From: Phoronis australis
Taxonomy: Eukaryota > Animalia > Phoronida
Assembly: GCA_002633005.1 (NCBI GenBank)
Contig: NMRA01000375.1
Coordinates: 260,241 to 324,240 of the forward strand
Direction of reading: 5' to 3'
Length of the DNA: 64,000 nucleotides
The notes under the pieces: model-generated
Databases searched by the model: none
Told to the model about the DNA's origin: nothing
The model's input: only the letters and a program-made list of their open reading frames with translations
In this document: positions 11,384 to 23,300 of the stretch, piece after piece
Position numbering within the stretch: position 1 is the first letter of the stretch
Layout of the letters: the number at the start of each line of letters is the position of its first letter
Position numbers and translations under genes: made by a program

Positions 11384-14300
11384 CTGAAAAGACATACAAG
11401 GATACCAAGTTATTTACTCACCAGAAAAACATGATTTAACTATTCCAATATAAACGAACTATAATGCTTTGCAAGCAATGCTACTTAATTACAGAAAATA
11501 AGATAAATTATGGATTCACTTCAACTCTGATAAGACAGCAGATCCCCCATCTTGTCAGACATCTGGAAAATCATGTTATAATTGTAACTTCACCATGTGC
11601 ACTCGCACGAGGAGTTCAGTCGGTGCTCAGTCAGAATTTGCTCAACGCTCAATTGACATGACTGGAAGAATTCTAGGTCATTTTGTCTAATTATAGTTGG
11701 TATGTATTTTGTAGCATTTTCACACAACTGAAATGCAAAGAGTTAGGTCAAATTATTAGATTAGGTGAAAAACGTCCGATACCATGCCTCTGTGAACGAT
11801 CTTTCACGTGGTTGATCCACTGACTGATTCAGATGACCAAAAAGTCAGTTAATGAAAATTCATATGTTGTATAAAGTAATGTTCCTACGACACTTACTGC
11901 CCGACCTTGTCATCTGGTTTAACTACGTCCCCTTCCCCTCCCATGTTCTCCATTGCCTCGTTGATCCCACCTCTGAACTCTCCGGAAGCACACGCTCCCA
12001 AGATGGCTGAACCCAGCAGCACGGATTCAGAGTTGTGTGGCAGGATAATAGGAAGTTCTAAGGAAAAAAGCAGCAAATCATGCTTAGTGTGCAGATAACT
12101 TACTATGCATTCACCACAAGACAGATAACTGACAACTTCCAAGACTTCTAAAACAACCTTTTCATTTGTAAACCCGCTTAAACCCGTTCACTTTTAAAAA
12201 CTTAGAAGTGTACAGAAATAATGCAAGGGGGTTTTAATCCTGTGACCATGTTTTATTTCCAAGAAATCATGATTTTTATGGCAATTGATGTAACTTTCAC
12301 ACGCATATGATTTTTTGAATGGAACCTACAAAATAAATTGTTAGTGGCAGAAGTGTATTTTCTGATTTTCATATTTTCAATTTGTGCTGTCAAAGTCAAG
12401 ATATTCAGTCTTTTCATTGTGAAGTTTTTGATTTTTTACAGCTGATTTCTTGGGGCTTAAAAACCTTGACAAAAATCTAAGATGTATTATTAATGAAGCT
12501 TTGCAAATTTTGTGCCAAAAATCATGAAGTTACAGTGATCTCTGCAAAAAATCATATAAATAATTTTTTAACTAAATATTAAATTAAATGCTAAAATATC
12601 TGTCAAATTAAGGCTAATTGATATCTTTTAATCCGCATTTCCAAAGATTATCATCAGTCACATTATTATTGAATGTTGTAACATGTTGTGAATCATGGCA
12701 AGAGCCAGACGAATGTGTAGCACGTTTAAACCACTCGACAAGTGGACACCTAGTCCAACGTAATGCTTGGACTTCTATACACCTTGGGCCAGGAATGTAC
12801 CCATCACGACATCATAGATCCACCTGAGGGTTAATCACTCTTCCAGCCACTCTATCAGGGAATTTTGGCTGAACTCTGTCGCCATGACAGGGAACGCTGT
12901 GGCATTTTATCCGATTATTTTGTCGTGCACTGGTCAGAATGGTGAGAACTTACTAGTGACATCTGCATGTACTTGAACGTACAGGCTGTTCTTACTCAAT
13001 CCTCCACAAGCACACATCACCTTGATCGTATGACCATGCTCCTGTATGGTGTCAATGATATGCTTTGTGCCGCACTGAAATGAATGTAACATGATGATTC
13101 TAGATCAGATATCTCTAATTGCTTGAATCAACAGGTTGTCTTAGTGTATTCTTGTAGTATGAGAACAAAGTCATAACAAATGAAATGTACAGCCACACTT
13201 CATGATAGTTGCAGGTGGTCTGGTACACTTTGCACCAGACATACTTTATTTACATGGGGTTAAAACTGAGCTGAAAAGCTAGAGACTCGATTCAACGGTC
13301 TTGCAGTGTGCCCCAGTGGGACTCGAACCCATTACCTCCAGTAAAGGATTGAAGCACACTCCTATGCCACAATGTCACACAACCACTTTTCCAATACGTG
13401 TTCAAATTATCAATCCATGAGTGTTCACACTCGACAAGTGGACCTTGGATTGATACTAAAAAGTTATGTCATGCACCTTGAAGAGGAGTGCTACCTTTAT
13501 TCACATGTTGTTTTGTGTCATCAACATAGTACAAATTAGGCAACTAAAATTTTGGTAATTTTATCGAAACATTTGATAAAAAAATTCACTAGTGTAATAA
13601 ATAGATGAAGAACTAAACTCTGACAGTAATTCATTTCACAAGTGCATGCAATGCCTAAATGGACGAATATTGTGTTTATTTATATCATGCGGTAAATATA
13701 TACACAAAACGTACCGAGAGTGGCGTAGATGAATTAATATCACACTCAACATTATTAGTCTCGGCCGATACGTGGATTAATGTCCCGTGGGATATTACTT
13801 CGTCTACACCAATCGAGGTACATTTTGTATTTATCTCATATGCTTCGGCAGATTTTTTAAATACTTCACTCAGACTGTTCACGTGGCGGATCCAACCTAT
13901 ATATATGTACTTGCGCGATAGGTTGCAAGTTTTCTCTAGTAAAAGAAACAGTTTTAAATGTAACGATTTATTACTTGAAAAGAGATAACAAAAATGAAAA
14001 CAACTGTGTATTGAACTTGTAACATCTCCACAAAGTAGTAGATATTGAAGTTACTGAGGAATCGGCGCCGGAGTTGCAGATGATGTAATATTTAGCAATT
14101 GAAAACTGGGACAGAAGTATCATATAATTAACAGTTTTGTAACGGATGTTACGTTTAGAGCCTGATTGCATGTCGAGTGTTATTTATACTGATGTTGCAA
14201 CTGTATTACTTTAAACTGTTTGATGATCAAACTGGCGAACAATGTTGAGTCGACATTGACTTTTTGAACTTTCCATGGCAGAGGTCACTGTTGAAGTAGT

Positions 14301-17300
14301 GCAGGAGGTGAATGTGGAAAACATTTAATTTATTACATAGCCGTATTGCACTTGACAGATTCAACGCGTATGGGATAAAACTACAATTTTAACAGTGTAA
14401 GCCACAGCATGAAGATAATGAACTCAAGGCTAGACGTATTGGTTATACTTACCGCTAGTGCCTGGATCGTAGTCAAGTACAACTTGGCTAAATCTTCAAC
14501 ATCATTAGAAAGTCGCAATCCACATAACTACAACGGGTAAAACTGGATTATTGAACTACACCATGTTTTGAAGACTGTGATGAACCTTTGGCATAAATTA
14601 GAATTAAGCTTACTTCAAATCACGAGGCTGACACTAAAATATGATCTTTAAGACTCAAAACGTTTTTGGATGAACAATCATAAACCAGTATTTTTCAAAT
14701 AAAATAGGAGCAATTAAGCAATGAAAAGAACAAAAACAGTCACTCTAGGGAATAAAGACTAAAGACAAGTTCAATGAAACAAGCCCAGTTGTTTTAACAA
14801 TATTGAAACAAGTGAATGGTCTGATGACACCTTTGACTTCATCTGATAATTAAAAACAATTTTATTCTAAGGAGCACGCAAATCATTTTTAGAATCCACT
14901 GAAATCAAAGGTTTATTCATTTGTTTCTTGTTAAAACAAAGAATTAATAAAATGTTTTTGACAAAATGACCCGGAATTTCCCCGTCATGAACGCTGGGCA
15001 GAAGCGACATTCGTCATCAAAACAGTCCTAGCTAATGACCAAAAATAAATTTAAGGGGAATATTAATAGGAAAGTTTTTTTTAACAGGAAAGTTAGTAAG
15101 GTGGCTAGACCATGTTGTCGTAATGATTGTTACCAGTCAATGTTGCTGTTAACAAAATTAGCCCTCATCTATTTTGTCTGAACCCTTTAATCTGCTTGGG
15201 TCACTTTAACATATTATTGAAAATTTTCCTCGAATTATTTTTAGCTTTCAACTCTTCCTTTTACAGTCATCCATAAGAAATGTGCTTCAAAAAAGACTGT
15301 GTCATTGCCACATGATCTTCATGAAGACGCCATTTTCACTCAAATAACTGAGTGGAAAAACAGAGGTGCAGAAATTGACAAAATCCTTCTGAAAGAAAAA
15401 CAAAATGTTCTTATTTCGGATGAATTTTGAAGCTAACAAATTGACGAGGATGCAGATTTTCAATTGATGAGATTTTGCCTTCTGTTTTTAAAAATGCAAA
15501 AATTACAATTTGTGAAAGATATTTTTACTGCTTGGGTTTTTATTTGGTGGAAGACATCACTTTCCCCTGGCCTGTTCAAAAAACGAACTTGCTATTACGC
15601 TTGTTACCACTGGCAGTGCTACCAACAAGAAACCTCCAAGTTATCCCCTGCCAAGTTATAGCACGTGGAAGTCTACAACATTACCATTCCAGTTAGAGAT
15701 GGGTCAGCTATGGGAGATCGATTTCCATGGTAATCTGGCCACATGTGCAAATGCCTGGTTAACTCTGCCATGTGACAGTTGTGATTTGATGCCATCTCTT
15801 GGAGGAAGTTGTTCAAATAGACGTGGACATGTTGGTTTCTGGAAAAAATTCAATTCAATCTCTACAATTATTCAAATGAAATGCAAGCTACTAACTTTGT
15901 TTTGCAATAATTTTTCATAAAAATCAAAAGTCACAATTAGTCATCATATTTTTTTCAAAAATAGTGAAGGACATCAGCAGATTACCTAAATTTAAAGCTG
16001 CGAACCAACTGAAAAGAACCTAATGGAAGCTATGGATCCTAAAGTATGCTTAGTTTGAAGAAAGAGATTTAAAGTAAATATTTGGAGTCCTGTCCATCAC
16101 AGGTCTTGTTATTTAGGTTGATTGAAAATGCAATAATTGCTGCCTGTAAGCCTTCCCGATGTTTCAGAGTGGGTTACGTAGCCTAACATCCAATATTAAT
16201 AAAGACAAGTTTCAAATTCAAACACAAAATCTTGAGTATGAAAATTCAAAACTCACTTTTTGTCAGCAAGTTGTTTGACTTCACTGTAGGCCACGTGTGT
16301 TGTTACTATGTGATCAATCTAGAAAACAAGATGAAATGCAGTACATTATAGGAGAAATGAAAGAGCAGACGTCAAGATTTATAGCAACACAGAACACACC
16401 AAGTATTCAGACAAAATAATTTGCAATTCCCGTCACGATGACTGGAAGCTGAAAGCATCATTAGAATAGCATTACGACATGACTGAGAGCGAAAGGGAAA
16501 CAACTGGAAAGTTTACTTAATACTAAGGTGGATAAACTATTCTGTAATTAGTAATTGTTACCCTAGTAATTGTTACCCTAGTAATTGTTACCCTAGTAAT
16601 TGTTACCCTAGTAATTGTTACCCTAGTAATTGTTACCCTAGTAATTGTTACCAGTCAGATTCTCTGTTAGCAGAATTAACTGTCATGATGAGACATTGTA
16701 TTTTGTCAGATTACTTTCGTTATGTACTGCAGTTGTTTTAAACATTGCAAATGACAGATTGAAGATTTCCAATTAACGTTTTTGGTGGAAGCATTCGCCA
16801 AAATTTATTTTACAATTGACAAATGACACGAATGTTTAGTTTGATTTCACTATAGATCTAAATGTCTGGCATTCCATTCATGACCGTTCAAAGTTCTGCA
16901 GTGCAAAACACTTTTGGAACAAGACAGAATTGCCTTGAATTGTTCACATTGTATGCGCCTGTGACCTCAAAATTTCAAAATTCCATCTGTATGCCATATT
17001 GTGTCCTAAACAGCAGAATTGTTACCAGTAGTTATAACTGCATGCACAATCAACACATACTCAATAAATTGCTGGGCCCGTTTCACCAAAGCTCATAAAT
17101 CAGGGCTATGTATGACAGTGTCGTAACTGTTTTCATAGCACATAGTTCATTAATGTGCTTACGAATGCAAGTCTCAACATGAAAATTATTAACAGTATGT
17201 CAGCTGCAACATTTTGCTGATGAAAAACAGCATTTTGATGGCAAGTATGTGCTCACAACCATCTTAGCCATGATCATACGCTTTGATAAAACTGGCTTCA

Positions 17301-20300
17301 CATCCCTCAGCAACAACAAAAGAGCAAGGTTGGCAATAAACTACTTTCAGTTTACAACAGACCATAAACATCATTCTGCTGTCAGTGATATTTGCCTGAA
17401 CTGTGTACATGTTCCATTGTTCAACCAGTGTAAAAATGCCTGAATGCAACATGTCAGTAGGGCAAGTCTAGATGTCAGTATAAAGGGGACTTTCTGGCAT
17501 GCATCACTATAAGCAAACTGTTAATTAAGTGTTAAAGAGGTTAAAAATTCCTTGATTTGTATAATAATTTTCACGTCCATTCTGATTATGTATTAAACAT
17601 GTCAGAAAAGGGTAAAACTTTTAAAGACATCAGAATTCACAAAAGGGAAAATTTCCTTCACAAAAGGCAGCAAAGCGCTTCTTATTCATCTCTAATTTAA
17701 GTCACCATAATGTAAAAATAAAACAAATGAATTCTTATTTTTAATTTTGCTAAAAAATGGTAGTTTTTGTTGTACACTGTTTTTACATCTTGAAGAATGA
17801 TCAAGATATCGTTTTCAATCATGCACCAAGTATTTTGTACATGAACATGGACCATTAACTCTATGCAAACCAATTACAAGACAAATTCATAAGGCCGCAT
17901 GCAATATAACGTACAATCATTCACAGCACATTTTCTCAAGGTCAAGATCACATTTTTGGTCATGTGATCTATATTGTGAATATTTAGGACAAAAAATGAA
18001 AGAGAAATAATTGAAGTTTTGGCAATATATTGATATCCAATGTACCATTCATCGGTAACTGTTTCCTAACAACGTTATTTAGCATACTTTATCTTTAATT
18101 ATCAATTAAAAAGTAAATCGGTTGAGCAGCTCCATTACAAGGTCATCGCCTATGACATCAACAGGCGATGTATTGTCTACTCTCTTGTAAGCACAGTTTA
18201 TCACCACCCACTCAACACAAGTTTTGAGCACCACCTGTAGGTGCAAGGAGGTGCCACTATTTTGTGAGAGACCATCAACGGTAGCTTTTAAGTTTTAAAT
18301 AGCTTTAAGTCGCAATAAATCCATGTTCCGTCAAAGAAACTGAATTTTGTTTAGACCCCTTACCGCTCTAAAACAGGTTCCAAACTGTTCCTTACACAGA
18401 TGAAAAGGTAATTTTTGGTCTAGCAAAGAACTGGAATATCACTCTTTCCTCAAGACCATGTTCAACAAACAAAATGATGAGCCATGACAAGTCAACTTGT
18501 AGGGTGTGATCTTCAGCAATAACGGACTGCCACTTCAATCCAAACTCATAAATCACACCCACATTGACTAATAAAAAAAAAATTATGGCCTTGAGTTCCA
18601 TAACAGGAAGTGAAATAAAAAATTGTTGTTCTTTGTGACGGAAGGCAGGCTTGTAGCTGCTTTAATGGATTATCCGAATCTGCCGTAAATATAACTATGA
18701 TGCGCAAGACAATTCCCAGTTCATACTTTATCTAGAGTTGCCCTTACCAGTTTGCCTGCTGCTGACTGGCCTGGCTCAAGTGACCAATAGCCTGGCACTA
18801 TTGACTGATGGTACGGCCCCCACACACCAGGCACAAACAATGATTGGCTACAAGGGGTCATGTGACATGTTGAGGTACCACATATCAGTGCCATCTTTTG
18901 ACCAATATCAGTGTGAGACATAGCAGGCACTGAGCAGCTAAGCACACCTAGAAAATAATGACCAAATTCAAGACATGTTGACTAAAGGTTAAGTTAGTTA
19001 CTAGTTTAAGCTGAGACAAGTCACTTGCAGAAGCCAACTGATCCTCCTGTTGCCGCAGCGATTCTCAAATGCTGGACAAAAGTTCAGGGTTCACTCATTA
19101 ACAAAAGCCAAGGATTTTCATTTGCGAGTTAGCAAGTTACTTTTAACTAACACACACTCACAAAATAGTGACCAAAATAACTGAGGTTGAAAATGTGTTT
19201 CATTACTTGCAGTTGAACAATTTATAAAATCGATACAAATCAACGATCATGAGACGACCAATTTCCAGCTTGAAGGCATAAAGAAATGTGAGAATCGTAC
19301 AACATTTCCCAAGTGATTTGTCCACCAAACTTGTCTTAGGCAACAGCCTGATATGACATGCCCAAATTTTGAAAACCAGTTGATGCCCGTTATTCGGTGG
19401 AGAAAACTGGTTCTCAAAATGCGGGCACATTATATCACGTTACACCTGTCTTACATATTATTATTTACCAGTTTGGCCACAGCTGATTGCCCCGGCTTGG
19501 ACCAGTACCCCGGATGTATGGTGGTATCATAGAATGGACCCCAAATATTGGGCACGTATATGGGCAATGGAGATAGCACCATATAGCACGTGGAGGTTCC
19601 ACAGATGCATGCCAGCTTGCAACTCACAGGGATCTCATCCCACTTGATGTGGTTAGTGGTCACATGACAACACAGAACACCTACAACACCAGACTTATTG
19701 TTGAGGTCACATGACGGCAGTGCTTAAAAGTCACATGATAACTGCAGCACTGGTCGTATGATGGTAGTACTTTGGGTCAATGGTCATTCAACATTAGCTA
19801 GCCCACATAACATCTGCACCACAGGGTCACGGCATAGTTATGTAACAATGGTTACATGACAGTCATAGGGTCACATGACAGCTTTACATGACACACTCCC
19901 CATGCAAATTTCACAGCATTCTTTGGGAGTATTTAAGATCACTCTGATAAGTGGTGGTGTACACAAGTCAAGACGCCTCCTTGTGTTGCTCACACAGGTC
20001 ACACAGTACAGTTTGGGACATATCAACAAATGTGCGTTATTTGTCTTATTTTGGTTGTTGTTAACTGATTTTTGCTGTTCAAACAACGAAAAAGTTAAAT
20101 TTCCAATGATGGATTTAATTTTATAGTCAGGGAAAGAATGTTGCCAAGAATAGGTACGAGTTATCACTGACATCCAGGCATCCTGTTCCCCTATCCACGA
20201 ACAAAAGAAGACAACACATTCAAAAAAGTCCAGGATCGTGGCAGTGCTTATTGTAATCCCAACCGGTAAGAAGCATAATTTCATAGTTGCCTAATGGGAA

Positions 20301-23300
20301 ATGCAAGACAGTGCCTAATGATCAGATGGCCACAAGACAGCAATGGCAATGGTCACATGGTAAACAAATTAGGTCACATCATACATGTAGTGACTAGTGC
20401 TTACAAAAAAAGAGCTACGTATGGCTCTTAATGCATTTTTAACCCACGGAGATATAGAATTACATCAAGATGGCTACCAACTATGAGGTGCTATATTAGT
20501 ACCTAGTCCACCTGCATGAGCATCAATCATTGAGGTAGCCACGGCAACACCAGCACACAGCCCCATCTGTTGAGCAGCTTGTTCTGTCAAATGACCGCAC
20601 AGCTCACCAGGACTTTTGACAACATTACCTAGTGTGAAGATGTGAATAATTATGCAAAATTAATCTTAATTTTAATTAGTTAAAACTGTGAAGAGTAAAT
20701 ATTTTTACTTCAAACAATTACCAATTTAAAGTACAATTACCACAAAAAGGGGCTAAAAACAATAACCAGTACAAAACTAGTGATGAGCAGAAATAATGGA
20801 AAATCAGATAAAATGTATCAAAAAGACATGGGACATCGTATGCANTTACAAAAAAAGAGCTACGTATGGCTCTTAATGCATTTTTAATCCACGGAGATAT
20901 AGAATTACATCAAGATGGCTACCAACTATGAGGTGCTATATTAGTACCTAGTCCACCTGCATGAGCATCAATCATTGAGGTAGCCACGGCAACACCAGCA
21001 CACAGCCCCATCTGTTGAGCAGCTTGTTCTGTCAAATGACCGCACAGCTCACCAGGACTTTTGACAACATTACCTAGTGTGAAGATATGAATAATTATGC
21101 AAAATTAATCTTAATTTTAATTAGTTAAAACTGTGAAGAGTAAATATTTTTACTACAAATAATTACCAATTTAAAGTACAATTACCACAAAAAGAGGCTA
21201 AAAACAATAACCAGTACTAAACTAGTGATAAGCAGAAATAATGGAAAATCAGATAAAATGTGAAAAAGACATGGGACATTGTATGCAATAACACCTGGCT
21301 TCAGCATCAACGTATTCAGATAGGTATAAGCCCAGGTGAGTGACAACTGAACTCACCTAGTCCATAGTAAAGAGTGAAAAGGCGGAAACATTTGGACGAT
21401 CAAATACTTTAAACTTGGTGTCCATGTTAAAACTAACGGCCACACTTCCCGCCATAAACTCACATTCACTACTAACAGAGTAATCTTGTAGGAAAAACAT
21501 TGTCAAAGATTAATCCATTTTTGCTAAAAATGCAGAGAACTTTAATATAGAACCTGTTGTTAGGCTCAACATCTCCAGTAAAACCCTACCTGTGGGTCAT
21601 ATCATGGGGTGTTGACTGGGGTGAGGAAAGAACATAGAATAGAAATATTAAAACATCAGTCGTAGGACTCGTCTAAAATACAGCACATACAACACATTAC
21701 CAATCTTAGAATAGTTGTTGTGCACAAGATCTTCCAAACCAATCAGTTGCAAGAAGTCATCAGGCCAATGAGGCGGGCTGTCATGGCTGGCAAGGTAGTT
21801 CCACTTACACACCAGTGAACACAGTGATCTGCAATATTGAGAAATTACAGTTAACAGGCAACATAGTTCGCATGTATACAAACTCATTAGCCTACAACAA
21901 CTTAATTCCAAAGTAACGTGTGAATAGTCATATCCATTATTTTCCAAAGGCTAGTTGCATGTGAGAGACAGAACGTCAATGACATGCATTTCAAAAAGTT
22001 GACAATAGTTAATTTTTGCCAAGAACCAAAAAAAGAAATTTTAAAGCAAAATTTCATCCAAATTTTCAGTTAGTGCAGTTATTCTTTTTCAGGTTTCACA
22101 TCACATCCTAAGTGAGCACGAAACTTATGCCCTTGCATTAGCACTTAAATAGACCACTAGGGCACACAACAATAAATGACTAGTCTCATACCTGGATAAC
22201 TGGCCAGTACTTTTCCACGTTAGGAAGTCAGGTAGATCAAAGAAATGGCCAGCTTTTGACCAACTCTCAGGCATATTCTAAAACAGACAATTACAGCAGC
22301 TGTGACCTCGCCTTCTATCGTAGACTAACGTGTGATTTAGACCATTTACCGCTGAAACATTTGCCCTATGGCGCTGCTGTGACATCACTGAAAACTTGGT
22401 CTGCATTCCACAGAAGCAAGAACTTAGCAATTAAGATAGTGTGATCACGTGCTTCATTCATGAACTCTTGCGGAATTTTGCGTTCTCGTGATTTTCCTGT
22501 ATTTCTCTGGAATGCAAGACTGACATTTTATCTGGTGATATTTACTTCAGTGTGACTGAATGGTGTGTGCCTCGAGAACCTTCGGCTCAAAAACTTGCTT
22601 AAAGTTCATGTCTTCATTTGTTGCATTTTGAAGCTCACTTTTTAAAAAAAATTATGGTTGTTTTGTCGTACTCGCACCAAAATGCATATTGCAGTGGACC
22701 ATTGCTTTCAACTGTGGTGAGAACATATGACATGTATAGTTTTTCGTTACATTGTTTGCAAGTCACCACATGATGCCTCCAAATGTTTAAGAGCCGACAA
22801 CTGTCCCACATTTTGATAAACGACAAGAAATTAGCTGAGCCCATATATATTTTTCCTTGTTCAGATTGCAAGCAATTTCTGGGCTTAAGAAGAATTAATG
22901 TGTAACACAAGGCTCAATCAGTTGGTTTGGTCCGGCTGGTCAATTTATCAACCAAAAGCATTATGTCCAATGTTTGGACTAGTACATACAGCACACATCA
23001 CGAATTTTTGGCCGACCGGTTGGAAATTGGTCGACGGCCGGCCGTCGACCGGTCGGCAAATTTGCCGACCGGTCGGCTAAAAATTAGCCGACCAGCAGCC
23101 GCCCGCAGTGCCGACTCATAAGGCGACTCCCCAGCCGACCCTTCAGCCGACCGGCCATCAGCCGACCAACTGGTCGGCTGCTATTTTTAGGCTAGAGTAG
23201 CAGTTGCGTAATAGGTTGTCAGGCTGATACCACTTTGCGTGTCGATGCATATTCGTCTTAGCACAGGGTCAAATATATTAACCTAGTTCCACTGTCTCCG

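Larger units (their letters stand above)
20401..21288. repeat. 445-bp direct duplication across the n at 20845, containing FGGY exon 6
   Basis: 20401-20844 is near-identical to 20846-21288. Confidence 0.9.

Noticed and set aside
13305-13370. Possible tRNA gene
   Set aside because: Only a B-box-like arm is visible; treated as a SINE-like fragment.
16551-16652. Telomere-like or homing-endonuclease-like site (TAGGGTAACAATTAC)
   Set aside because: The unit is 15 bp, not TTAGGG, does not match the I-SceI site, and derives from a motif in a local repeat.
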